64,000 nt of DNA, taken from NCBI GenBank assembly GCA_001512685.1, contig LFSG01000028.1, forward strand, positions 2,374 to 66,373, read 5' to 3'. The notes beneath the pieces are model-generated. The model saw only the letters and a list, made by a program, of their open reading frames with translations. It was not told where the DNA came from and did not search any database. The DNA comes from Clostridiales bacterium DTU072 (lineage in GTDB: Bacteria; Bacillota; Clostridia; Christensenellales; DTU072). This document shows, one piece after another, positions 7,202 through 16,672 of this stretch. The position numbers and the translations under genes are program-made. Numbering within the stretch: the stretch's first letter is position 1; every line of letters begins with the position of its first letter.

Positions 7202-9970
7202 TTATATAAGATGAGAGTTTATCTCTTCGGACAGTTTTTCATAGTTTTCGGATTTATCTATTTGTTTAAGGAATATCAAATATTTCTTGGCGTCGATATA
7301 ATCTTTTCTGGCAATTAAATCCGAAACAAGCTTCAATAAAAGTATTGTCATTTCCTGCGACAAAGATGCCCTGTGCTTATTAAAATGCTCATTGCTTATT
7401 TCAACGGCAAAACCGTCCTTAAATCTTTCCAGCAATTCGTTCATATCGTTTTTGCGGTTAATGATATTCTCTTCATTCTTATAAACATCAAGCAATTTAA
7501 GAAAATCCTCATAATCGTTGACAACATTATTTATGTGCAGTATATATTTGCAGTTAATGTAGTCAAGCTCAAAATCCACATCGTGTTGGGCAAGAGTCTT
7601 CCTGATTATGTTATTGGTGGTCTTAAGGTTGTTAATAGCCGATTCATACACATAATCTTTCCATAAATACTCAATAATGAGGTTTCTGTCAATGCCTTCT
7701 TTGCCGGCGAGGATATAATGCAGGAAGAGCTGTTTGGCTTTTCTTGTCTTCCATTGGATTTCGGTATTGCCCGAATAAACGGCGGTGGCGCCGAAAAATT
7801 TAATTTTCAGATTATGCGAAACCTGCTTCATGCCCTCTTTTTTCTTTATCATTGTGTTAAGCTTATCGATATATGCCGTTTCTATGCCGTTTTTTGACGC
7901 GTATGTCAATAAAGGCTCAAACACGTCGATGTTGTCCACCACCATGATTTCCATTCCGTATACATAACTGGATTTAAGTATATTCCTAACCAAACTGTTG
8001 GCGTCTTTCAAATCGCCTCTTTCCAATAAATAAGCCGTCGCTATCGCCATCCCGCACAGCCAGAAAATAGAACGGGATTTAGACTGCGTAACGCATTTAG
8101 TGGCGTAAAAATAAGCTTTCTCTTTATTGCCCAAACGATAAAAACAAAAAGCCAGCGAACAAAGCAGCATATTGGCGTATTGAGGGGCGTAGGTTTCACA
8201 GTACTTAAGATATATGTGGGATACTTCCTTGGCGTAGTTCAAATCCCCGTGTCTTGCGTACGCCATACATCTTTGGGATATATTATAAAACTTCGTATAA
8301 CTGTTTTCTTTGTCCAAGCTTACCGCTATATCGTATTTCTGAAGGGCTTCCTTGACTTTGCCGTAATACATATCGATATTGGCAAGCGCGGTGTAAAGCA
8401 AGGATACATCCTTAGTTATGTCGTGCTTGAGAGCGAACCTCAAAGCGCTGTTGGCTATGCTTGAGGCCATTTCAATTTCGCCCGAAAAATAATAGAACAT
8501 AATCATATTATGCGGTATGACATAATAAAGTATGACCTTCTTAATCTGGGAAGTAATCTGTATGGCTTTTTTATAATTGCCGATATCAAAATACGCTTCG
8601 GCTATGGATTGCATAACTTTGACATACCATATCCTGTCTTTGCTTTCTTGCTTTTCAAGTATTCCCTCATACCTTGTCATTTCGGAAAAGTTTAAGGACA
8701 AATCCAGTTCCCTGTAAACCAGCGGGATATACGGCAATATATTTTCGTAATCGTTAAGATTGTCTTCGTAACGGGGTTTGAGCTCCTTAATGAGTTCAAG
8801 AGCTTCATCATATCTCCCCACCTTTATATGACATCTCAACATTAATAAATTGCAGCAAAGATAAGCGTTTTTATCGGTGTCCTTAAAGGCGCTTAAAAGC
8901 TCTTTGGCGGAAATATACGACAAGTTATAATTGCCGTTGACAAACGAATGGAAAGCCAAATAAAGCCTGTAATAAGGATAATCTTTTACGCATTCGTGAA
9001 CGGTATTTTTGTAATACTTGGCGTAGCTGAAAAGATTTAATTTCATGCTTTTATTGGAGAATATGCCCTGCAGGCAATATTCAATCTTATTCATGTCGCC
9101 TGCTTTATGAAAAACCTTGAAGGCGTCATAATAGCGCTTTTCGCTTAAAAGATAGTCGCCCAAACGCTGGGCAGCGTTTACGGAATCAAAAAACTTCAGC
9201 TCTTCCACAAACTCGTCTTTGCGCCTTTGCAGCCATTTGCGGAAAAGCGTGTTCAAACGGAAATATTTGATATCTCTTGTGACCACATAGCATTCTTGAC
9301 AGCTCAGCCTTTCAAGCACTTCCACCCCTTCGGGATAAAAAGTTTTGATGAAATCCCTGTCAAGATAATCCAAATCCGAAATATACGCCAAAAAAGCTTT
9401 TTGTTTGGCGTTGAAGTCTTTTACATATGTAACGAAATCCGGCTTGGACGGCTTTTGGCCCAGCACGTTTTCATCAATCAATATGGGGCATAACGGTTCA
9501 AAAGCGTTGTAATCGAAGTTAATAAACGAATCGGATGACACGACAATCTTAAGGTTTTTGGGACAATGCTTTATCAACCTTTCAATAAGCCCGTAGTCAA
9601 AATTTTCGGGAAGCATTTCCATTCTTTCAAATACAAGCAAACAATTGCCTTTGATTGTGGATATATGCTGTAAAAGCGCGGTAATTATTATAACCTCGTT
9701 GTTTAATTCCGATTCGCTGTACCTCAACTGTTTTATCTTTTGCATAGCCGAAGGATTATCCCTGAAAATCTTTTCGGCCAAGCATAAGCTGAAAGATTCC
9801 ACATTGTCAGTTAAGGCGTTAAACCAAAAAACTGTGCGGTATCTATTGCCAAGTTCGGTCAAAAAATCGGTTTTGCCCGAGCCCGCCGGCGCAAAAAGCA
9901 TGACCGCCAGCGCGTCGTTTGACATTATATCGTTAATCAGCTTGTTGGTGGTGATATTAAATAATTCCAT
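7202..9970 (-). CDS. P-loop NTPase / TPR-rich protein with C-terminal OmpR-type winged-helix plus BTAD (SARP-like) module; putative signal-sensing transcriptional regulator
   Basis: 922 aa. The N-terminal Walker A is FAPAGSGKTDF and the Walker-B-like motif is LLVFERME. The middle region is rich in Y/A/L repeats and looks like TPR. The C-terminus reads LKIKFFGATAVYSGNTEIQWKTRKAKQLFLHYILAGKEGIDRNLIIEYLWKD...NNLKTTNNIIRKTL, followed by DYEDFLKLL..., which resembles a SARP DNA-binding plus BTAD module. Confidence 0.65.
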   Translation of the reverse strand: MELFNITTNKLINDIMSNDALAVMLFAPAGSGKTDFLTELGNRYRTVFWFNALTDNVESFSLCLAEKIFRDNPSAMQKIKQLRYSESELNNEVIIITALLQHISTIKGNCLLVFERMEMLPENFDYGLIERLIKHCPKNLKIVVSSDSFINFDYNAFEPLCPILIDENVLGQKPSKPDFVTYVKDFNAKQKAFLAYISDLDYLDRDFIKTFYPEGVEVLERLSCQECYVVTRDIKYFRLNTLFRKWLQRRKDEFVEELKFFDSVNAAQRLGDYLLSEKRYYDAFKVFHKAGDMNKIEYCLQGIFSNKSMKLNLFSYAKYYKNTVHECVKDYPYYRLYLAFHSFVNGNYNLSYISAKELLSAFKDTDKNAYLCCNLLMLRCHIKVGRYDEALELIKELKPRYEDNLNDYENILPYIPLVYRELDLSLNFSEMTRYEGILEKQESKDRIWYVKVMQSIAEAYFDIGNYKKAIQITSQIKKVILYYVIPHNMIMFYYFSGEIEMASSIANSALRFALKHDITKDVSLLYTALANIDMYYGKVKEALQKYDIAVSLDKENSYTKFYNISQRCMAYARHGDLNYAKEVSHIYLKYCETYAPQYANMLLCSLAFCFYRLGNKEKAYFYATKCVTQSKSRSIFWLCGMAIATAYLLERGDLKDANSLVRNILKSSYVYGMEIMVVDNIDVFEPLLTYASKNGIETAYIDKLNTMIKKKEGMKQVSHNLKIKFFGATAVYSGNTEIQWKTRKAKQLFLHYILAGKEGIDRNLIIEYLWKDYVYESAINNLKTTNNIIRKTLAQHDVDFELDYINCKYILHINNVVNDYEDFLKLLDVYKNEENIINRKNDMNELLERFKDGFAVEISNEHFNKHRASLSQEMTILLLKLVSDLIARKDYIDAKKYLIFLKQIDKSENYEKLSEEINSHLI

Positions 9971-9997
9971 TCTTCCTCCATTTTGGTTAGCGTGTCT

Positions 9998-10026
9998 ATT
10001 GTAAATTAAAAGTAAAACGAAGTCAA
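9998..10026 (-). promoter_or_regulatory. sigma-A-type promoter candidate for the 922-aa regulator gene
   Basis: The minus strand has TTGACT (10021-10026), a 17-nt spacer and TACAAT (9998-10003). A GGAGGAAGA Shine-Dalgarno sits just before the ATG at 9970. Confidence 0.5.
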
Positions 10027-10217
10027 CCGTTTTACGCCGTAAATAAATAAAAGGTAAAAAGGGTTAACCTTTTTACAATATCATTATTATGGATTTACCT
10101 TAAATTTATCTTAACGCGAATAGCCGATAAAAAAGCCCTGAGCGCGCATGACAAAAAGTATGCAATTTGAATATATTGCCTAATAAATTATATAGCGAGA
10201 GATAACGCCGCCTATAG

Positions 10218-10246
10218 TTGACAATGATATCTATATTTGATAATAT
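10218..10246 (+). promoter_or_regulatory. sigma-A-type promoter for the lysine-riboswitch leader of asd-dapA-dapB
   Basis: TTGACA (10218-10223), a 17-nt spacer, then TAATAT (10241-10246), about 20 nt upstream of the L-box P1 helix. Confidence 0.6.
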
Positions 10247-10264
10247 AATAAAAACACTTGCTTG

Positions 10265-10445
10265 AATAGAGGAGCGGTTAGCATCAGTAAGTATTTTTGT
10301 TCCGTATCGGAAAAAGGGGCAGAACCTTATAAAAATACCGAAAGGGCATAATCGCCGAAGTATTACTCCTTTTCTGCGGGAATAATGCTGGTTCGGCAGG
10401 AGAATATCCGCCGGACTGTCACCATAAAGGTGAAGCGCTACTCAG
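10265..10445 (+). promoter_or_regulatory. lysine riboswitch (L-box) aptamer
   Basis: The conserved L-box blocks appear in order: AGAGGAGCG...CAGTAAG...AAAGGGGC...CCGAAAGGG...TCGCCGAAG...GCTGG...GGAGAA...CGGACTGTCAC...GGTGAAGCGCTACTC. The element lies upstream of lysine/DAP pathway genes. Confidence 0.85.
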
Positions 10446-10469
10446 CATTTCAGCATTTATGGACTATTT

Positions 10470-10503
10470 ACGGCGGTGTTATATTCAATACCGCTGTTTT
10501 TAT
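10470..10503 (+). terminator. riboswitch expression-platform terminator
   Basis: ACGGCGGU-loop-ACCGCUGU is an 8-bp stem with one G-U pair, followed by UUUUUAUU. It lies 19 nt upstream of the asd ATG, which has an AGGAGGG Shine-Dalgarno. Confidence 0.7.
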
Positions 10504-10521
10504 TAATTACAGGAGGGCTTT

Positions 10522-11526
10522 ATGAAAACTTACAACGTCGCTGTCGTGGGAACTACCGGAATGGTAGGAAACAAATTTTTGCAGGTGCTTAGCGAGCGCA
10601 TACTGCCGGTGGAACAATATTTTCTTTTTGCTTCAGCAAAATCGGCCGGCAAAAAAATAAATTTTCTCGGAAAAGAATATACGGTTATTGAGCTTAACGA
10701 AGAAAACATTAAATCCAGAAAAATAGATTACGCTCTGTTTTCGGCGGGAGGCTCTGTTTCAAAAAATTTCGCGCCCGTATTTGTCAAATACGGCGCCACG
10801 GTAATAGATAATTCCAGCCAATGGAGAATGTATCCCGACGTGCCTCTGGTAGTGCCCGAAGTAAACGCTCAAGACGCTTTGAAACATAAGGGCATAATCG
10901 CGAATCCAAACTGCTCCACCATACAAGCGGTTGTTGCTTTGAAGCCCCTTCACGATAGGTATTCCATAAAAAGAGTGGTGTATTCTACTTATCAAGCGGT
11001 GAGCGGAGCGGGCATGAGCGGTTATAACGATTTAATATACGGAGCGGACAAAAATTATAAATTGTCAAAATTCCCCCACCCTATTTTAGGCAACGTGCTT
11101 CCGCACATAGATGTTTTCCTTGAAAACGGTTATACCAAAGAAGAACAAAAAATGATTGACGAAACCCAAAAGATACTCGGTGATTACAACATAAAGGTTA
11201 CGGCGACTACCGTAAGAGTGCCCGTTCTTCACGGACACAGCGAATCCATCAATGTAGAATTCAATAAGCCGTGCGACCTTGAGGGCATAAAAGAATGTCT
11301 TTCAAAACAAAAAGGAATCGTGGTGCTTGACGATCCCTCAAACAATGTTTATCCCATGCCGATTTACGCCGCGGACAAAGATGAAGTTTTTGTGGGCAGA
11401 ATAAGGCTGGACGACACCGTAGACTCAGGATGTAATATTTGGGTGGTGGCGGACAATATCCGCAAAGGAGCCGCGACGAACGCAGTTCAAATTCTTGAAT
11501 ATCTTATAGAACAAGATAATAAATAA
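10522..11526 (+). CDS. asd: aspartate-semialdehyde dehydrogenase
   Basis: 334 aa. The N-terminus has VAVVGTTGMVGNKF (NAD(P)-binding). The active site reads IANPNCSTIQ, and the C-terminal motif is NIRKGAATNAVQI. Confidence 0.9.
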   Translation: MKTYNVAVVGTTGMVGNKFLQVLSERILPVEQYFLFASAKSAGKKINFLGKEYTVIELNEENIKSRKIDYALFSAGGSVSKNFAPVFVKYGATVIDNSSQWRMYPDVPLVVPEVNAQDALKHKGIIANPNCSTIQAVVALKPLHDRYSIKRVVYSTYQAVSGAGMSGYNDLIYGADKNYKLSKFPHPILGNVLPHIDVFLENGYTKEEQKMIDETQKILGDYNIKVTATTVRVPVLHGHSESINVEFNKPCDLEGIKECLSKQKGIVVLDDPSNNVYPMPIYAADKDEVFVGRIRLDDTVDSGCNIWVVADNIRKGAATNAVQILEYLIEQDNK

Positions 11527-11537
11527 AGGAGGATTTT

Positions 11538-12422
11538 ATGAGCAGTTTATTCAAAGGCGCGGCAACGGCGCTTATCACTCCGCTTAAAGATGACAAAATT
11601 GATTTCGAGGCATTGGAAAGACTTCTTAACATGCAGCTTAACGCCGGCATAAACGCTTTGGTCATCAACGGCACCACGGGCGAACCCACTACCATGACGC
11701 ACGCTGAAAGAACGGCGGTGGCAAAATATGCCATAAAAAAAGTAAACGGCAGAGCGCCCGTTATTATAGGAACGGGAAGCAACAATACATATACCGCGAT
11801 TGAATATTCGCAGGAAGCCGAACAATTGGGAGCGGACGGAATACTAATCGTAACCCCTTATTACAACAAAACCACTCAAGAAGGACTGGTTGTGCATTAT
11901 AAGGCGATTGCGGATAAAGTGGGCATACCCATTATACTTTACAATGTGCCCTCCCGAACGGGCTTGAACATGTTGCCCGAAACGGTGGCAAAGCTTGCGG
12001 GTTATCGCAATATATCGGCGATAAAGGAAGCTTCGGGCAGCATAACTCAAATGATGGATATCGTCAGGCTTTGCGGCAATGAAATAGACCTTATGAGCGG
12101 CGAAGACGGACTTATTTATCCATGTTTCTCCGTAGGCGGGGTGGCGGTCATTTCAGTAGCTTCAAACATTATTCCCGAATATGTGGTGAACATGGCTAAA
12201 GAATATTTCAGCGGAAACGCCGCCAAATGCTTGCAAATGCAATTTGATATGACCGAGCTTGTGAAAGCGCTTTTCTGCGAAGTAAACCCGATTCCCGTAA
12301 AAACGGCGGCTGCGCTGATGGGACTTTGCACCGACTATATGAGATTGCCTTTAATAAAAATGCAAAAAATAGAACAATTAAAAACGGCCATGAGGAATTT
12401 CGGCATAAACTTTAAGGAGTAA
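11538..12422 (+). CDS. dapA: 4-hydroxy-tetrahydrodipicolinate synthase
   Basis: 294 aa with GTTGE, the IVTPYYNK motif and IKEASG, which carries the Schiff-base Lys context. Confidence 0.9.
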   Translation: MSSLFKGAATALITPLKDDKIDFEALERLLNMQLNAGINALVINGTTGEPTTMTHAERTAVAKYAIKKVNGRAPVIIGTGSNNTYTAIEYSQEAEQLGADGILIVTPYYNKTTQEGLVVHYKAIADKVGIPIILYNVPSRTGLNMLPETVAKLAGYRNISAIKEASGSITQMMDIVRLCGNEIDLMSGEDGLIYPCFSVGGVAVISVASNIIPEYVVNMAKEYFSGNAAKCLQMQFDMTELVKALFCEVNPIPVKTAAALMGLCTDYMRLPLIKMQKIEQLKTAMRNFGINFKE

Positions 12423-12424
12423 TT

Positions 12425-13189
12425 ATGAATATATTGATATACGGCATAGGCGGTACGATGGGAAGAATCCTATATGACTGCCTGAAAGAGGAAAAAGAGC
12501 TTAAAGCTGTTTGCGGTGTGGATAAATTATTGAAGGAGAATACTTTCGATATACCCGTATATTCTTCATGCAAAGATATCGCGACGGAAAAACCGAATTG
12601 CATTATTGATTTTTCCATGCACGAATGCGTATACGATTACCTGCCCTACGCCACGGAAAATAAAATACCTTGCGTAATCGCCACCACAGGCTTTAACGAA
12701 ACGGAGCAGGAATTTATAAACAATGCGTCAAAATTAATACCTATCTTTCAAACGGGCAATATGTCGCTGGGTGTCAACCTTATGCTTAAGCTTGTTAAAG
12801 AAGCAAGCTTAATGCTGGGCGACAAAGCCGATATAGAGATAATAGAAATGCACCACAATAAAAAAGTGGATTCTCCCAGCGGAACCGCGCTTATGCTGGG
12901 CAATGCCGTAAAAAGCGCCCTTGCCAACAAAACTGATTTTGTTTGCGGCAGAAAAGGCATCGTGGGCAAGAGAACAAAGAACGAAATAGGCATACATTCC
13001 ATAAGAGGCGGCAGTATTGTGGGGAAACATGAGGTCATGTTCATTATGGATAACGAAATTATCACCGTAACGCATGAATCTCAAAGCAAAACCATATTCG
13101 CTTTGGGCAGCATTAATGCCGCAAAGTTTCTTGTTAAGCAACAAAACGGAATTTACGATATGAATGACTTGCTTAATGATTCCATATGA
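12425..13189 (+). CDS. dapB: 4-hydroxy-tetrahydrodipicolinate reductase
   Basis: 254 aa with an N-terminal GxGGxMG motif, EMHHNKKVDSPSGTA and HSIRGGSIVG. Its start is 2 nt after the dapA stop. Confidence 0.9.
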   Translation: MNILIYGIGGTMGRILYDCLKEEKELKAVCGVDKLLKENTFDIPVYSSCKDIATEKPNCIIDFSMHECVYDYLPYATENKIPCVIATTGFNETEQEFINNASKLIPIFQTGNMSLGVNLMLKLVKEASLMLGDKADIEIIEMHHNKKVDSPSGTALMLGNAVKSALANKTDFVCGRKGIVGKRTKNEIGIHSIRGGSIVGKHEVMFIMDNEIITVTHESQSKTIFALGSINAAKFLVKQQNGIYDMNDLLNDSI

Positions 13190-13223
13190 TTTTTATAGTA
13201 ATTAATTAAATTCGAATACCGTA

Positions 13224-13259
13224 AAAAAGCTCCGCTTTTATCCGTAAGCGGAGCTTTTA
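13224..13259. terminator. bidirectional intrinsic terminator between convergent dapB and the lipoprotein gene
   Basis: AAAAGCTCCGCTT-TTATCCGT-AAGCGGAGCTTTT is a perfect 13-bp stem with A/T runs on both sides. Confidence 0.8.
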
Positions 13260-13280
13260 ATTTATAAGATAACTTTTTAT

Positions 13281-14939
13281 TTATTGTTCGGGTTCGGCGT
13301 TTAATATTTCTTCGGGAAAATCAATGTCGCCGTCTACAACATATATGAAGCTTTCGGCGTCCTCTCCGATGTTAATGCTGATTTCAAAAGCATTGGACAT
13401 AAGGGAACCCACAATATCTACGCCCGCTTCTTGGAACATATTTTCCAAATCGACATCTTCAAGAACTCCGTCGATATACTCCATGATATTCTCAAAGCCC
13501 GGCAATACCAGCTCATAAAAACCGCTGTCTATGACAAAGGATAGTCTCTCTTCTGACAGACTCAGCGCTCCTAAAATATAAGCGACAATTTCTAGCGTTT
13601 TATTCACTTCGTCATCATCTTCTTCTTCGTCTTGCTGCGGCTGAGAGTCTCCGTTATCTTCCTCGTCTTCTTCGGTTATGCCTTTTTTTATCTTATCGAA
13701 TACATCAAGCACGTCTATCTCAAAATGCAGCAATTCGGTATATTGCTCCTCAATGGTTTCGTAATAATAAAAGGTGTCTCGGTATATATACGCTCCCGTT
13801 ACCGCGTCGCCTGAGTCGTTCAATATCTCAAACAAAAGCTCATTTTCCGCGGCATCGTTAAAATCTAATTTTAATTCGGCTTTGACTTTATAAGGAATGT
13901 CCTGTCCGCCCTGTTTGCCTTTCTGCGTTACATCCAATTGCAGACCGAAGCTTTTGTCAAGATAATCTTCATAATTTTTATATTCATTGGAGGCGAAAAA
14001 AGGAATAAAAGGAGTGGTGGGAGGAGTTTTGTCAATAACTAATTTTTCCAGCTCAAACAATAAATTAATGATGTCTCCGTCAAATAATGTATTTTCGCTG
14101 TGTTCGTCTTGGTCTATTGATAAATCAAAACTAAAGGAGGTAATCTTATTGTCGGATGTCGCGAAGCTGACCTGTACTTCGGAATCGGGTATGCTGCCGT
14201 CTACAATGTCTTCAAAAGATACGCCCATTATTCTTTGCAGGATTTCGCTGATAAGCTGAGTGTCCAAATTCTCCATGGTATCTTTATTGATAAAGTTTAC
14301 TATCTTTTGCAATGTGCCCGGCAAATTAATATTAAAATTGTATTCATATTCGCTGATTGTGCCGTAAAGTCTGCTCCTTCCCGTAATCGGACCGTTCTTC
14401 ACTATTATTTCGGACATCGCCGCGATTATGGTTTCTGTTTTGAAACCTTGAAATTCAATGGGGAAGAGTTTGCTGATTACTTCATTTTCTATGGGCACTT
14501 TAAGCTCGCCCGCCTCTCCGTCCATAATTTTAAGATAGAGATAATTTTGCATGTAATACGCGCCCAGAATTATGCTTTTTTCGTCGCTGTCTATAATCTC
14601 GGCGCTAAACCTCATATCTTCATTGTTGTCGTAATTGTAATTCAATTTAATGGCAAGCCACAATAAATGGTCGTTAAGCTCCAATTTGACTTTGGAATCT
14701 ACAAAAATAATGGGGTTGCTTTTGCCTACTTTCTCGGTGGACATATCTCTAAGCGAACCCATTACGCCTGCCAATAATTTGCCGTATACATCGGAATCGT
14801 CGGCATTATTTATAATGACCCAATCGTCATATTTATTGTTGTTGCCGTTTTGGTTTCCGGGATTGGGGGGAGTAACGCAACCGGTAAGAAGCAATGCGGC
14901 AACAAGCAACGCAAAAATCAACATTAACGCTTTTTTCAT
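13281..14939 (-). CDS. hypothetical lipoprotein with an acidic low-complexity tract
   Basis: 552 aa. The signal peptide MKKALMLIFALLVAALLLTGC carries a lipobox (LTGC). There is an EEDEEDNGDSQPQQDEEEDDDE tract. I recognised no catalytic motif. Confidence 0.6.
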   Translation of the reverse strand: MKKALMLIFALLVAALLLTGCVTPPNPGNQNGNNNKYDDWVIINNADDSDVYGKLLAGVMGSLRDMSTEKVGKSNPIIFVDSKVKLELNDHLLWLAIKLNYNYDNNEDMRFSAEIIDSDEKSIILGAYYMQNYLYLKIMDGEAGELKVPIENEVISKLFPIEFQGFKTETIIAAMSEIIVKNGPITGRSRLYGTISEYEYNFNINLPGTLQKIVNFINKDTMENLDTQLISEILQRIMGVSFEDIVDGSIPDSEVQVSFATSDNKITSFSFDLSIDQDEHSENTLFDGDIINLLFELEKLVIDKTPPTTPFIPFFASNEYKNYEDYLDKSFGLQLDVTQKGKQGGQDIPYKVKAELKLDFNDAAENELLFEILNDSGDAVTGAYIYRDTFYYYETIEEQYTELLHFEIDVLDVFDKIKKGITEEDEEDNGDSQPQQDEEEDDDEVNKTLEIVAYILGALSLSEERLSFVIDSGFYELVLPGFENIMEYIDGVLEDVDLENMFQEAGVDIVGSLMSNAFEISINIGEDAESFIYVVDGDIDFPEEILNAEPEQ

Positions 14940-14961
14940 TATTATTTCCTCCTCAAGAAGA

Positions 14962-16665
14962 CTATTCCTTTATTAATTCTTGAATTACCCTTATGGTATC
15001 TTCTGTATTTGGATTTAGTTTATGTCTTCTGTCCCTGGATTGGATTTCTGTTTGATTGTTTGCCAAAGTTTTGGGGCTTATTACTAATCTTAACGGTATG
15101 CCCATAAGATCGCAATCAGAAAATTTCACTCCGGGCGATATATCTCTGTCATCATACAGTACTTCTATACCGGCTTTTGTCATTTGATTATATAATTCGT
15201 CAGCTTTTTGTTTAATTTCAGGATTGTCAATTCTTAACGGGCATAAATACACATGCCAGGGGGCTATGCTCATAGGCCATATAAGCCCGTATTCGTCATT
15301 GGATTCTTCGGCTACCGAAGCAAGCGCTCTGCCTATTCCTATGCCGTAGCAGCCCATAATTGGATTAAAAGCCTTGCCTTCGGAGTCAAGCACCGCCATA
15401 TTCATTGACTTTGTATACTTATCGCCAAGCTGAAAAATATTCCCTACCTCTATTCCGTTCCTTAGCGACAACGCCTTTCCGCAAACGGGGCAGCTTTCCC
15501 CTTCCTTTACTTTTGCCACATCGTAAAAAGCAGTTATTTGCATATCCCTTTGAACGTCTACGCCTTTTAGGTGATATTCGGGTTTGTTGGCGCCGCAGTA
15601 CATGTTGTTGCAGTTTTGCAATGACTTGTCGTATATGATTATCGCGTTGTTAAGGCGCAAACCTATCGGTCCGATATTGCCCGCCACCAATTCTTTGGAA
15701 TCCTGCAAATTGGATGGCGCTATGTCTTTTTTGATTATCTTTTTTAACTTGGCTTCGTTTACCTCAAGGTCTCCCCTTATGAAAACCAATACAGTTTGGT
15801 CGCTGCCTTTTATATTATAGCTCACCGCTTTAATTACTCTTAAAGGCCGGATTTTCAGATAATCGCAAAGTTCGGCTATTTCGGTTTTGTCCGCCGTGTA
15901 AACTTCCGCGATATCTTCGCTTATTTCGTCCCCAATCGGCTCTCTTACGCTTTCCGCCACTTCAATGTTGGCTTTATAACCGCAATCAGCGCATATGGCT
16001 ATGGTGTCTTCGCCCGCCTCGGTAAGAAGCATGTATTCATGAGCCACATTTCCGCCCATCATGCCGCTGTCCGATTTTACGGCCACAAAATCCTTCATTC
16101 CTATTCTTTTGAAGATTCTGTTATAAGCTTCGTATACTTTATCGTAATAAGCTTCAAGGTCTTCCTTGTCCGCATGGAAGGAATACGCGTCTTTCATTAC
16201 GAATTCCCTTACTCTTATCAACCCTCCCCTTGACCTTGCTTCATCTCTGAATTTAGTTTGAATCTGGTATATCATAAACGGAAGCTGCTGATAACTTGAC
16301 ACCCAGTTCTTGCATAAATGCACGGCGGCTTCCTCATGGGTCATTCCCAGCACCATAGGTCTGCCGCACCTGTCCTCGAAGCGAACCATTTCCTCGCCTA
16401 TGGCGGCATATCTCCCCGATTCTTCCCAAAGCTCTTTGGGCATAACCACGGGAAAACTTACTTCCTGTCCGCCGATAGCGTCCATTTCTTCCCGTATGAT
16501 TTTTTCTATTTTGGAGCAAATTCTTTTCGCGGGGCAAGACAGCGTCCAAATTCCGTTTGCGACTAATTTAATGTATCCTGCTCTTACCAGCAGCGCATGG
16601 CTTCTTATCTGCGCGTCTGCTGGCATCTCTTTGGTCCTTTCTGAAACAAGCTTTGATAACAGCAT
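14962..16665 (-). CDS. proS: proline--tRNA ligase (bacterial type with editing insertion)
   Basis: 567 aa with class II motifs (FRDEARSRGGLIRVREF, GCYGIGIGR) and a C-terminal anticodon-binding domain. Confidence 0.9.
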   Translation of the reverse strand: MLLSKLVSERTKEMPADAQIRSHALLVRAGYIKLVANGIWTLSCPAKRICSKIEKIIREEMDAIGGQEVSFPVVMPKELWEESGRYAAIGEEMVRFEDRCGRPMVLGMTHEEAAVHLCKNWVSSYQQLPFMIYQIQTKFRDEARSRGGLIRVREFVMKDAYSFHADKEDLEAYYDKVYEAYNRIFKRIGMKDFVAVKSDSGMMGGNVAHEYMLLTEAGEDTIAICADCGYKANIEVAESVREPIGDEISEDIAEVYTADKTEIAELCDYLKIRPLRVIKAVSYNIKGSDQTVLVFIRGDLEVNEAKLKKIIKKDIAPSNLQDSKELVAGNIGPIGLRLNNAIIIYDKSLQNCNNMYCGANKPEYHLKGVDVQRDMQITAFYDVAKVKEGESCPVCGKALSLRNGIEVGNIFQLGDKYTKSMNMAVLDSEGKAFNPIMGCYGIGIGRALASVAEESNDEYGLIWPMSIAPWHVYLCPLRIDNPEIKQKADELYNQMTKAGIEVLYDDRDISPGVKFSDCDLMGIPLRLVISPKTLANNQTEIQSRDRRHKLNPNTEDTIRVIQELIKE

Positions 16666-16672
16666 ATGATAC

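Noticed and set aside
10054-10076. An AT-rich 9-bp inverted repeat (GTAAAAAGG-GTTAA-CCTTTTTAC) upstream of the regulator promoter, considered as a possible operator or terminator.
   Set aside because: There is no upstream minus-strand gene for it to terminate. It shows no similarity to other sites in the window, and the stem is AT-rich and weak. This is insufficient to call a function.
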